A stretch of DNA of 61,848 nt, counting the filler. It is 10 parts of 10 records of this genome, joined end to end, with 100 filler letters (N's around TTAATTAATTAA, not from the genome) between each part and the next. Parts side by side here need not be neighbours in the genome. Positions count along the whole stretch, not along the records: positions 33,615 to 40,158 come from SRR7504441_3530; positions 40,259 to 43,929 come from SRR7504441_3531; positions 44,030 to 48,023 come from SRR7504441_3534; 7 more parts are not named here. The stretch is one strand, 5' to 3'. The notes beneath the pieces are model-generated. The model did no database searches, was not told the origin of the DNA, and worked only from the letters and a program-made list of their open reading frames with translations. Positions within the stretch are counted from its first letter, which is position 1; each line of letters opens with the position of its first letter. A program made the position numbers and the translations under genes. Of the stretch, positions 34,346-46,390 are shown piece after piece.

Positions 34346-37163
34346 ATGGAGAAGGGGGTGCAGAATACGGAGCGGTTCAGCCGCGATTGGGGCAGACCCT
34401 CGTCGGCCTCCACCACCAGCGAGGAGGCGGGGCTGCGGGCCGAGCTGGCCGGGCTGCGGAGCGAGCTGAACCGTGGTCGTGCGGACGTCGCCGCGCACAT
34501 CAACCACCTGCAGTCCGAGCTGGAGTGCCGCACCCAACGGCTGATGGAGCTGGAGAACGAGTGCTTCCTCCGGCGGTCGGTACAGGACGATCAGGACACC
34601 AACACGGCGGAAGTGCGGGAGGCCTTCCTGGCCCGCGCGTTCACCATAGTGTACGCCTTCCAGCTGGGTCAGTTCTTCTACGAGACGGTCACTCAGGCCT
34701 GGTGCGGTAACGACTGTGACAAGTACCAGAAGCTGGCTGTTCGGTTGTGGTGGCATGGGGGCATCATGATAATCATGGCCAGCGGTCCCTGCCGCGCTGG
34801 TACGCGGCGGCTCAGCGGCGCGGGCAGGCGTGATGCGCTTCATGGGCCTCCGGAAGCGGATCGGGACCAGGAGCCATCGTTTCTGGGAGGATGCCCTGGC
34901 CCTGGCGGTGAGCCCCCCCCCCCCCAGGGGGCTGCCGTGACGGGCAGCAGGGAAACTCGCTGCCGATGCTGATTGCGTGGAGCTTCAAGGATGCGATTGC
35001 AGCATTCATTGCTCTGATGGACGCGCCAACCAACACCTACAGAGCAGCAGACGAGTCGCTGTCGCATCACGAGCGATCGGATGTTGGCTACCGATTTGAG
35101 TACGTCGGCCACTGTTTTCTCATCTTTGCCGGGGCTGCGGCCTATGCTACAGCAGCTCGAGCGCTGGCCGAGCTGCTCCACAAGTTGCAGAGCAAGACAC
35201 TGGCACAAAACCCGGACGCGCAGCCGAACGTGGAGAACTTCAAGCAGATCCTAGGTGATGTGCAGGCTGCGGTGCTGTGCTGATCGAGGGCAGCCACCAC
35301 TCCGCTGAGGCTCGGGATAGGGTACGCTGGGTACTACACCATAGCCACGATCGGCTGGTACCTGTTCTACTATGAGTGGATGTCGGAGGCACCCAAGAAG
35401 GAGAATATCCAATTCAGAGGCACGCTGTTCATGGTCGGCCGAGCGCTGACCAGGCAAGCGTGAGTGGGGGGGGGGCAGGCCCTGCAAGCAGTGATCGTCA
35501 CTTACCTGGTGCGCCTGCTGAGCATTAGATACACAATTTGGTCGTCCGCCTATGGGATCCCAATGACCATCGCGGGCTGCCGCCAGTGGGTGGTTGGGCT
35601 GCTCACCTTGCTTGTGGGTGAGCACCCTGTCACCGTCCTGCGGTCCAGCCCATGCTGCAGGCTCGATGCACTTTGTGGTCGCGTGGATGTGGGCAGATCT
35701 GATCAAGTATCACTTCTTTTACGTCATTTTCGATTGCGGGATATTCAGTCTACAAGATCCTGTTATCAAGTACACATCTCCAACCACATGCCACCTGTGG
35801 TGCGACCGCCCAGCTAGTCAGCAGTAAGCCTACGCAGGACTGTCCTTTACTATGCTATCGGCATCACAATATTAGCCGTCGTAATTGCACCTGTTATCAG
35901 CCGGGAAGATGTGATCTTTCGGAAGCTGGATCGGTGGTGGTGTGAGAAGCTCATGAGTAAGGAGATAAACGATGTGAGAACTATTCGTTGCAACCGTACG
36001 ATCAACATTGTCATCTTTGAGATTGTGGTCGGATGGTGCCCCAGCCTCTCCAACTATGCCCGTTACTGTGTTTTAGGGCTTGGGTTGATGTTGGCAAGAC
36101 TACGTGCGACAATCATCTCATGTGGACCTGTCCTGACAAAAACACAGCCGATGCCGTCATGGGATACTTCTTATTCCTACTGGCCTATTTAGTGATCCTT
36201 ACCTGGCTGTACCACGTCCTTTCGGAAAATTGGCGCCTGGTACGCAGAGTCCGACTGGTCTCTTGCATCCAGCAGCGCAATGCTGTCGAGTTCTTTGAGA
36301 CTGCCGATAAGGACGGAGATGGTGCCGTCTCGAGGGCAGAGCTCCGCAACTTCATCGAGGATTCGGGACTCTCTCCGAACGAATTCTATCGATCTTTTGA
36401 CAAGGTGGCCCCCTTGTTTGCTAGTGCTCACGGCGCCATCTTCAGGTGATGGATTTGCGCAAGCGTGGGATTTTCCATCCAGGAACGCTACACAGTCGGT
36501 GCTCACGCTCTCACAACTGCCAACAGCGTCAATGGATACGCGACTCTGTCGGCGACATCGATCTGGAGGCGGGGCCAACCGAGGATGTTTGCACCAGTCA
36601 TGAATTGATGGACACTTTCCTGGAGGTGTGTGTTGTTACCTGACCCTGCGAGCAACTGACATGTACTGCAGGACATGGAGAAAATGCGGCAGGACGAGAG
36701 AGCGCTTTGCGAGAGGATCAAAGCAAAAGAGGGGATGGCTTGCAGTTGGCAAGTGAACAACTTTGCCTTATCTAGATCCAATAGCTTGGGATCCGATGGA
36801 AAGTCGCCCAACACCTTGGGGGACCTGTTTTCGCCTCGTGATAGCTCATGGCCTGCTTTCCGCCAATCGAGTGCAACGGCGTGTGATGGCGGAGAATTGG
36901 GTCTGTGGCATGCGGATTCTCTACCAAATCAAAATATGGAGGTGCACATGAATAGGCTTCAAAGGAGTGAGTCGGCTAAGGTCGAGAAGGAGGACCCTGG
37001 CAATCATACCAATGGCACTAGCTGTGATGGTCTCCCGAACGACACTAGCTGTGATGGTCTCCCGAACGAACTACGTATGGGCACTGGGACTGAAGCGATT
37101 GAGCTCGAGGCTGCGCCCGCCGGCGCCAAATTGAGCCCGGCGGATGAAGTGCACACCCTTTAA
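34346..37163 (+). CDS. Multi-pass membrane protein with N-terminal coiled coil and C-terminal EF-hand
   Basis: Many hydrophobic exons separated by short introns. EF loop DKDGDGAVSRAE near 36305-36345. Disordered tail ends at TAA 37163. The exon chain is only partly resolved. Confidence 0.6.
37016..37069. repeat. Perfect 27-nt tandem duplication within CDS
   Basis: CACTAGCTGTGATGGTCTCCCGAACGA x2 (TSCDGLPN twice). Confidence 0.9.
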
Positions 37164-37512
37164 ATCAAGATACCCTTTAACAATTACATAGCTAATCTAG
37201 ATGCCAAAATAATACCGGAATAATACCGGAACTGACAATATTAATGCATTATTAATACTTGTATAGTACATTGAATCGAGCCACGCAATAGCTTAATTAA
37301 GAGAGAACTTTAGGATTATAAACATGTAGTTAAACCGTATACACAAATTTACATGTACTCGTGAGTATACGTAGTAGATTTACGTTCATTAAAGTTTCAT
37401 TGCACAAATGACTTCCAAAATAATGTACAGCGAGCACACGTCTAAACGATCTCACTTTTTTACGTTCGATGCCTGCATGCAACGAATTGCAAACCATAAA
37501 ATGTAAGCATGA

Positions 37513-40158
37513 TCAAGATTGCTCTGAAAATCCTAGGAATTCATGCGCGACTTGATAAGCTGCCTTCAACGTAGTCTGCCGCCGCTCGGTCGTGTGGCCC
37601 CAGTGACCATAACCAATCAACTGATGCTCGAACCCCACCTGCGTCCCAAGTGCGTTCACAAGCGGATCAACTGCGCTCTCCGGCTGCGCTTGCTGCTCGG
37701 TCCCAGTCATCAGCAGCGTTGGAACCTCGGCCGCCTTTAGCGTGTCTGCCCCACTGACCATTGTATCCGGCTGCACTGTGCTCTGGCCGCTCTGGGCCCA
37801 GTACCGTTCGGGCAGGCCGAGCTTCTGCCTCTGGGCATGCATTACAGGTGCCAAAGCCTTGGCCCGAGATTTGGTGAATCCCATCACCTGCACGTCCCCA
37901 CTATACTCCTAGCCGCTCCCAGCTAGCAACCTGGAGCCATTGCTCTGCCTCTGACGGGTTGCGGAAGTCTGTGAGCGGAGCCGGGCCTTCGACCAGCTCC
38001 GGGACATAACTGACTATCGGATTGATCAGCACCTGACCCGATCCTCCCAAACGACCGCCGACCGAGCAAGCACCATCCGGTTGACGCGCCAGGCTTGCTT
38101 CTTGTTTATGCCGTCCACATTGCAAGGCTGCCACCGTGTCAAGCAGTGCTACCAGAGTCGCACCAAGTCTGCGAACGCGAGCGCCACAGACCCACCCAAC
38201 CCAAGCCCAATGATGTCCAGCTGACAATAGGCTCAGAGCCCCGGGTGTGCAGCCAGATACCTTCTCTGTACCGCCCACCCCGGCTGCAGAGAGCAGTTGC
38301 TCAAGCTGTTCAGCCTGCGTGGCCAGGTTGGCGGGCGGGCCTCGCATTCTTGAGCCATGCCCAGCCAGGTCCGGAGCCAGCACCCTCGCGTCTGCCATTC
38401 CGCTGCCAGACTGTCAGGCGGATGCCAGCCATCAGGCGCACAGAGTCTGGGCCACAGGGCCGGATGAATCCACCACCATCCCGATGGCGTCCATCCCGAG
38501 ATCGTGCAACAGCACCAGAGGCGGCCGGTTCGAGCCGTCGACTGACCGCTCCAAGTACCTAACCGACGTGGCTCATCACATTTACTACCAGGCAGCATCC
38601 ACCTGACCAGCTCGCCACTGGGCAGCGCGAGGCTCTTCTGCTCGAACTTGAGCTGGATCAGACCTTGTTCTTGGTCTGTCTGCAGCTTGGCCACCGCCGC
38701 AGGCACGAGCTCCAGCTCAGCTGGTGGCCGTTCGGGCGAAGCTGGAGGCGACTCCACAGCCAGCTGGGCGGGCGCCTGCGGGAGCTCAGCCTTCGGGACA
38801 GGTCGCCAGCGATCGGACGAGTCGCCTACAGTGGGGCTGTTGGCCGCACCGAAAGTGTACCCGTAGCCGTGGCTGAGAGCTTGCCGAGCCATTTCCGCCT
38901 CAAGTTCACTGTGCGACACGACCCCCTTCTGAGCCATCTTCGACCACAGTTTCTTCCCGTCCTCCCAGAACTCGTTCTCCACCGCGTGCTTGTACTGCTT
39001 CAGCTTGTACTCGGCCGCTACGTACTCCGGGTCCCTGGTCGCAGCCCTCACTGCTAGCTCCTTCCGTATCAAGATCGTCTCCTCGTCAGTCTCCGGCTCG
39101 GGCGGTGGCGCAACAGGCTTCTGCCTCTCCAGCTGCTCCAGATGGGCCTGCGCGGCCTTGCGCTCGATATCGGCCAGCGCCGCCTGCTCTGCTGCCTCTG
39201 TCCTGGCCTGCATCTCCGCTAGTTCGGCCAGCCGTTTCTCCTCGGCCTCCTTTGCAATCTCAGCATTCTTGAGAGCGTGCTTCTCCATCTCTGCAATCCG
39301 GTTCAGCTCGGCCTGACCTCACACTGTCACGACAAGCCCAGCATCGACCCACCTGGCGTGCTGCTTCGGCTTCGAGTTGAGCTTCTTCCTCTGCTACCAG
39401 CTGCTTCGCCCTCATCCTCATCGCTTCCCGTTCTATCTCCATCCGCGCCACCTCGGCCTGCCCAAGCTCAGCGCCGACCCGGGATCGGGACACCTCGACG
39501 TCCACCTGGGCCTCCGCTTTATCCAGTTCAAGCTCAGCTGCTGCCCTCGCCTTGGCCTTTTCAGCTTCGACTCGAGCCTCTTCTTCCCTGGCCGCAGCCG
39601 CACGCTGCTCGGCCGCCATTGCTATCTCCTTCTCCGCAAGCTGCCGGGCCTCCTCCCGCTTGGCCGCTTCCATTTCAATCTGCCGCGCCGCCGCCTCCGC
39701 CTGGTGCCCAGTCAGCCGCAGCAGGTGCAACGGCCAAACCCGAAGGTCGGCCTCCTGTTTCTTCTCAAATAACGCCACCTCGGCCGCCACCTCCGCCGCC
39801 GCCTTGAGCCGCTCCGCCTCCGCCGCCTCGGCCTCGCGCTTCCGGCTCTCGAGCTCGACAGCGAGCTCCGCCAGCCGCGAGGCCTCGCGCTCCTGCTCCA
39901 TCCGTGCAGCAGCCGCCGCCTTCGCAACCTCGGCCTGCACGCGCGCCGCCTCGGCCTCAGCCTCGGCCGCCTGCTGGGCCCGATCGCGCGCGGCCATCGC
40001 CGCCTCGGCTTCGGCCCGGGCTGCAGCGGCCGCCTCTTGTGCAAGCTGTTGATTCCGCTGCCTCTCCAGCACAGCTTGAGCATCCGCCTCCTGCCGCGCC
40101 CGGGCGGCCTCGGCCTCAACTCGCCGCGCCTCGGCCTCGGCCACCACCGCCTGCCCCC
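37513..40158 (-). CDS. Charged coiled-coil protein with C-terminal alpha/beta-hydrolase-like domain, 5' truncated
   Basis: E/A/R-rich helix, then PLVLLHDLG, RVLAPDLAGHG, IIGLGLGG, VLINP, PTLLMTG and GYGHWG across short introns. Confidence 0.65.
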
Positions 40159-40258
40159 NNNNNNNNNNNNNNNNNNNNNNNNNNNNNNNNNNNNNNNNNN
40201 NNTTAATTAATTAANNNNNNNNNNNNNNNNNNNNNNNNNNNNNNNNNNNNNNNNNNNN
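40159..40258. other. Artificial contig linker
   Basis: N44-TTAATTAATTAA-N44. Confidence 0.98.
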
Positions 40259-40271
40259 GAGCGCGGCGCAG

Positions 40272-40812
40272 TGAGCAGTCGGGAGACCGCGAGGTGCAGC
40301 GGACGATGCTCGAGCTGCTCAACCAGCTGGACGGGTTCGAGATCAAGGACGACATTAAGGCCAGCAGCCGGCAGCCCCAGCTCACCGGTCCGCAGGTGAT
40401 AGCTGCCACGAACAGGCAAGACACACTAGACCCTGCGCTGCTCCGATCCGGTCGACTAGACCGCAAGGCAAGCCGGCCCCGGGTCCGGGCGTTTAGCATG
40501 CGGTCCAGATAGAATTCCCGCACCCGGACGAGTCTGCACGTGCCCGGATCCTGCAGATTCACTCACGGAAGGTGCGAGCCTGTGCGGACAAACGGCCAGC
40601 TGGGGCAGATGAACGTGAGCCCTGACGTCAACTTTGACGAGCTGGCCCGATGCACCGACGACTTCAACGGGGCCCAGCTCAAGGCTGTGGCGGTCGAGGC
40701 CGGGATGCTCGCTCTGCGGAGGGAGGCGACTCAGCTCGGGCACGAGGACTTCATGGAGGGGATCATCCAGGTGCAGGCCAAGAAGACCATGACCCTCAAC
40801 TATTACGCATGA
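40272..40812 (+). CDS. RPT5: 26S proteasome AAA-ATPase Rpt5 (PSMC3), 3' part
   Basis: [77 protein letters not shown] (HbYX tail). Introns 40360-40395 (GC), 40468-40508 (GC) and 40572-40608 (GT). Confidence 0.95.
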
Positions 40813-40970
40813 GCCGATCGTTGTCTAGACATGACCTGTTTGCCAATTCGGCTAACGTAAGCATAGCTGCATTATCAGTCATGAATTGCTCCAAATGTGT
40901 GATTCTATGACTTTCTTTATTGTGAGTGCTCTTCGCTGTAGCTAGTTAGGGCTGACTGCCCGGTTGTGCG

Positions 40971-41471
40971 TCATCGCTCCGTCGACTGGTGCATGCAATC
41001 GGCCTTCTTGGGTGTAATCGGGTTGGTCCGCTCTGCGAGCTCCGGTGCTCCCGGCGGAGTGCCATCGTAGCCGGGGCTGGTGTCCCGGGCCATGCTGGCA
41101 GCCAGGGCGAGCTTGGCCGGGAAGAGCGGCACCCCCACCAGCTTGTTGAGCAGCACCCACTCGGCCAGGGTTCGCTTGACCGGCGGGAGCCCGCCCTGGC
41201 TCAGCTGCTCCCACCGGGCCCGTTGGCCCAGCCAGCCCGCCGCCCGCCCGATCCGATCCCGCATGGCCGGCTGGCGGAGCAGCGCAGCCATCGGACGGAG
41301 CCGCCAGCAGGCGAGCGCCAGCCCGGTCTGCCAGGAGCCTTCGATCGCCAGGTAGAAGCAGGTGGCCAGTCCGAGCCGGTCCGGGGGCACCCCGAGCAGG
41401 CTGGACAACTGCCCGTTCCAGCGCGACAGCTGCCCGTTGAACCCGGACCACAGCTCGTCGCCGCCGCTCAT
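40971..41471 (-). CDS. Small uncharacterised membrane-associated protein
   Basis: ATG 41471 (MSGGDELW). Hydrophobic segments LGLATCFYLAIEG and LAEWVLLNKLVGVPLFPAKLALAA. Divergent from the 41541 gene. Confidence 0.5.
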   Translation of the reverse strand: MSGGDELWSGFNGQLSRWNGQLSSLLGVPPDRLGLATCFYLAIEGSWQTGLALACWRLRPMAALLRQPAMRDRIGRAAGWLGQRARWEQLSQGGLPPVKRTLAEWVLLNKLVGVPLFPAKLALAASMARDTSPGYDGTPPGAPELAERTNPITPKKADCMHQSTER

Positions 41472-41540
41472 CCGGCGCTGCAGTGTCGGTGGGTTACCAC
41501 CACCGTCGGCCGACTGCCGGTGTGTCAGTTGAGTTCCGGC

Positions 41541-43929
41541 ATGTCTGGAGCCGGGAAGGCGATGGTTAAGGCTCTGCCTATGGCGGCTGACGAGGCGGAG
41601 AGCCTGCTGGCCGAGCTGCAGGGCCACGCTAGCACCTGCACCAACCGCTGCGCGGACGCCGCAGGCTTCGGCAAGATCGGTTCCTTGGATCGGGCCGGCA
41701 AGAGCGCCGAGTCGTGCCGGGCCGCTGGGGATGCCGCCCGCCAGCTGGCGGCCCAGGTGGCCAAGCTGGCGACGCAGGCCGAGTCTGGTGCGGTCAAAGC
41801 GCTGGCGGGCGGCCTGGCCCCGGAGCTGCTCGAGCCGGCGCTCGGCCGGGTGCGGCAGGCGCACCACCGGGCCGAGCAGCAACTCCGCGAGGTGGACGCC
41901 GCCGTCGCCAAGGCCCAAGCCGCAGCGCTGGAACCAGCCGTGGCCAGCCCCCCGGACGGTGGGTCGGCCGCGGCGTTTGTGGAGGTCCAGCGGCTGGCCG
42001 GGTCGGCGGAGGAGCTGTTGCGAGCGGCCAGCCGGGAGGTGGAGGCGGTGCAAGACCATTGCGCCCAGGCCAACAGACTGGCGCTCGGGGCCGGGAACGC
42101 GGTGGAGCCGGGTGGGGCGATGAAGCAGTTGGAGCAGGCGGTCAGCTGGGCGATCCAGGCCAGTGAGGCTAGCGGGCGGCTCGGAGTGCTCGGCGAGAGA
42201 GCAGTTGGGCTCAGGCTCCAGCTGAGCAACTTGCTCCGGAACCGGCCGGAGCTGGACGGCGGCCCGGCCCGGCAGGCGGTGGCCTGGTGCGAGCAGGTGG
42301 TCCAGATGCTCCCGCCGGCCGACAGCGCCGCCGAGAGTGCAGTTGAGACTGTCCAACAGGCGAGGCAGCAGGGTGAGCCGCACACCGGCCGGGCTGAGCC
42401 TGTGGCAGTCGACGGCCGAGTGGACCAGGGCCAGTTCAGCGGCAGTTCGAGCGCAGAGCAGGATCGGATGCGGACGGCGGCCAAGGCGGACAACGCGGCC
42501 TGTCGGGGAGAGGAGTTGCTGGTGAGGGTGCGGGCTGAGCTAGCCGCTGCCAACACCCAGCAGCAGCGCAGCCGAGAGCTCAAGCTGACCATGCCCAGCG
42601 CCCCGGACGGGCCGGCGGTGGTCCGGCAGGTCAAGCTGTGCGCGGACGGGTGCAGTGCAGCGCTCGAGAAGGCAAGCCAGGTGGCCAAGGCAGCCGATGG
42701 GCTGGCTGGAGCGATCGCGGAGGCCGAGACGGGCGAGCTGGGGGCGGCCAGGGTGCGGGTGCAGGACAGCGTGCGGTCGATCAAGCAGGCGGTCGGCAGG
42801 ATCGAGAGCCTGCGCGCGCAGGTCGAGGAGGACCTGAGCGCAGTCGAGGCGGCCCAGAGCCAGGCAGCCGCCCAGGAGCAGCGCAACTGCGACCAGATCG
42901 CCGAGCAAGTGGCCCAGATCCTGGCCCAGATCGAGCACCTATCCACGCAGGCCGTCTCGATCTGCGCCAGGGCCGACACATTCACTGAGACGAGCACGGC
43001 GCACGCCGATGCGGCCGAAGTGGCAGCTCAGACCGCGCAGGATGCCAGTACAGCCGACGGGGCCTCGAGCGCTGCCGCCGATGCGGCCGAACACGTCGAG
43101 AGCTGCAAGTCCGGCTGGCGGCTGATAGCGCTCGAGCTGCTGCCCCAGGTGGCTCCTCTGGAGAAAGAGCTAGTTGAGCAGATCAGCAGCGCCCAGCAGC
43201 TTGAGCTCAAAGCCCGCCAAGCCGACCAGGGCGCCGGGAGCGCGGCCGAGCTCTGCGCCGACTGTGCCCTGATCAGCCAGGCTGGCGGCCGGCTGCAGCG
43301 CGTGTTTGAGGAGGTGCACAGAGCCAAGGCAACCGCCGGCGAGCTGGTCCGGCGAGCCGAGGCGGCCGCCGAGCGGGTGCAGGCTGGCCCGGGCTGTGGC
43401 CGACCGGGGGGGCAGGCGAGCAAGAAGGCGGCGGCGGCATGCGGGTCTGCGGTGAGTGCGGCCAGTTTAAAGATCCGGAAGGAGCTTGAGCAGCTGACGC
43501 ACCAGATGAGTTCTATCGAGAGAAGGGCCGAGCGGGGCGCCAGGGAATCAGCCCAGCTGAGCGATAACGCCGAGCTCCAGGCGGCCAACTCAGCCGAAGC
43601 GGGCGCTGTGAGCCAGGAAACCCACGAGCTGGCGGAGCAGTGCTGGAAGATTGTGTCCAAGGTTGATGAGCTGGCCTCCGAGCTCAGGAGCTGTCACGTC
43701 AAGATAAACAAACTGAGCCTGGAGGTGGACCAGCTCAACGCCAGCGCCCCAGTGCCCGCTGAGGCAGTCGAGGCGCTCAGGGAGGCCATTACTGTGGCTG
43801 AACGGACCCGGAATTCTATGCAAAGGGCGCAGGGTGAGAGCAGGCACTCGGCTAATCGGGCAGCCAAGCCGGACCAAACCTCAGAAGGTGCCACAACCGG
43901 CGCCACGATCCTCCGCCGCCTGCGCCATC
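41541..43929 (+). CDS. Large Ala/Glu/Gln-rich helical-bundle protein, 3' truncated
   Basis: The real start is probably ATG 41541 within ORF 40989..43985. Amphipathic helical composition. May hide in-frame introns. Confidence 0.55.
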
Positions 43930-44029
43930 NNNNNNNNNNNNNNNNNNNNNNNNNNNNNNNNNNNNNNNNNNNNTTAATTAATTAANNNNNNNNNNNNNNN
44001 NNNNNNNNNNNNNNNNNNNNNNNNNNNNN
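43930..44029. other. Artificial contig linker
   Basis: N44-TTAATTAATTAA-N44. Confidence 0.98.
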
Positions 44030-44174
44030 TCTAGTCCTGGACACATGGGGATTTGCACCGAACTGATACAAGGTCGGCCTTGGCATGAAGTACCGAGCAC
44101 GTAGCTTAACTAATTGCTTTAATTATTTCTTCCACACGTCCGTACAAGTAGTTGGCCAATTGGGGTCCATACTA

Positions 44175-44215
44175 CATGTACATGATTGTACACACAATCA
44201 TGTACATGATTGTGT
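44175..44215. repeat. Overlapping inverted repeats (15-bp stem hairpin plus 24-nt perfect palindrome)
   Basis: CATGTACATGATTGT (44175-44189) pairs with ACAATCATGTACATG (44194-44208). ACACAATCATGTACATGATTGTGT (44192-44215) is self-complementary. Confidence 0.85.
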
Positions 44216-44293
44216 CATGTACCTGTACATAGATTATAATTACAATCTCACACCACGTGTCAGAAGGCTCTAACGGCTGAGCGCCATTTATAT

Positions 44294-46195
44294 ATGGAGG
44301 ATGAGAGCTGGAGCAGCGCGCCCACCCCACGGCAGGGCAGCTGGCGGGACTGGATCGAGTGCCGGGACCCGAGCACTGGTCGAACCTTCTGGCAGCACGC
44401 GACCAACCTCGAGCCGCCGCGGTGGCTGGCCCCAGAGAGCTGGCCGGCCGAGCTGCCAGCCGGCTGGGCCTCGATCCCGGATCCGCACGACGGCCGGCTG
44501 TACTACTACAACGCGTGCACCGAGCAGACCTGCTGGGATCGCCCGGAGCTCAACGCGCTGATTGCGCCGGTGGTGCCACCGCCCAGCGAGGGGGTGCTGT
44601 GCGGGCACGAGCAAGGCTGCACCGCAGCCATCCAGCTGCGCGACGGTTCACTGCTCACCGGATCGGTCGACTCGACCATCAGGCGATGGGACGACCAGAC
44701 GCTCGCGTGTCTGGGCACCTGGCAGCGCGACGCTAGCTCGCCGGGACACACAGGGGCGGTGCTCTGTCTGATCGAGCTCCAGGACGGCCGGGTGCTCTCA
44801 GGGGCGGCCGACAACGCGATCTGCTGCTGGGACCCAAAGACCGGCAAGTGCACCGCGGTGGTGACCGGGCACACGGACAGCGTCACCTGCCTGCTGCAGC
44901 TGCTCAGGCACACACCTGATGATGGCCCACACTCGCTGGCTGGAGTACTCCCGGAGATTGCATCGGGATCTGTGGACTTGTCCATACGGTGCTAGCCGTG
45001 GTGTGTCGGGGCGAGCCCCTGGACAGGTTGTGGCACCCAAGCTCGCTTCAGTGCCTTCGGGTGCTGAGGGACAGGGCGTCTACTGGGTTGCAACTTTGGG
45101 GAGAGTTTGGGCATACGGCCTCACTCTGGCAGCTGCTGCAGCTCGAGGACGGCCGGCTGTGCAGCGGCGGGTGTGACGGGAGGATTTTGGTACACCAGCT
45201 GGGCACGAGCGAGCCCGAGGGCGAGATTCAGTTCGAGATCGAGGGACGGTGCATGGCGCAGCTTGATTCTGGCAAGCTGCTTTCGTCGAGCCACTCGGGT
45301 ATCTGCCCAGGGTGCGAGGGCCAATGCGGGGCAGGGGCGCACATACTGTGGACATGGGAGCTGGCCGAGGTCGAACGGGCGCACAACGAGCATTTGGAGC
45401 TGCTTGCTAAGCAGAAGCGCCGGCCCGTGCTGGCAGATCCAAAGAAGAAGCCTGCAGCCAAAAAGAAGCCGCCGGCCAAGAAGAAGGGTGCCAAGGAGCC
45501 GCCAGCACCCAAACCCAAACCGGAGCCGGTGCCGGTACCGCCTGGCCGGGAGAATGGGCTACACGGGCACACCGGGTGGGTCTCGTCGCATGCAGAGGGT
45601 GATGTTTGGCTTCGCAGGTATGTTCGGAGCATTGTGCCGCTGAAGGATGGCCGGGTGGCCTCTGCAGGCGAGGATGGAACCATCCGATTGTGGGATATTG
45701 TTGAGGGCGATTTGGACGGCGTGCCGATGCTGGGGCACGATGGACCAGTCTGCTCACTACATGAACTTTCTGATGGCCGATTGATATCAACTGGCACGGA
45801 TAAGACGGCCAGAGTATGGCGTGTGCCTCCATGCACTAAGCGGAGGTGCGAGCTGTGGCGCACGTGCGACTGACTCGTGAGGCTACAGTTCGGTGGCCAC
45901 GCTCAGGATACGCCGACCGGCATCGGATCCGCCTGAGGACGAGGCATTGGATCCACCCGAAGACAGATCCACCCAAGGACAGGCAGCCGATCAACCCCGC
46001 AACTCAGGCGCCGCTCTTAGTGAGGAAGAAGTCGGATGCTCTACGTTCTTCTTGCGCCGGCACGCTCGGCGTGCTCTACACGGTCCTCTTTTCGGCGGTG
46101 CACAGTGCGGCGCCGGCTTTGGCGCTCATAATGGCGCTGATCGCCCACTTTCGGCTCAAGGACGTGGTGACCCAGGAGCTAGGCGTCATTATTGA
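44294..46195 (+). CDS. Tandem WW domain + WD40 repeat protein
   Basis: WIECRDPSTGRTFWQH..PPRW and LPAGWASIPDPHDGRLYYYN..TCWDRP, then about 7 GH..WD repeats and a Lys/Pro-rich insert. The last exon (via intron 45846-45888) is inferred; the alternative stop is 45873. Confidence 0.8.
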
Positions 46196-46390
46196 GCAAG
46201 ACTTGAAGATCAATGAGCTAATCTGCTTACCAGTGTTAGCTGCATGATTGTACATGTATACACCCGTAAGTAAATTAGTTAGCTGTAGCTACATAGCTAA
46301 CTGCTTGTCGATCGTCCGACGTCGGGCCGGCTCAATTGATGTAACAGTGCCATAGGAGCACATGTCAAGTATTAAATCTTTGGATCTGAT

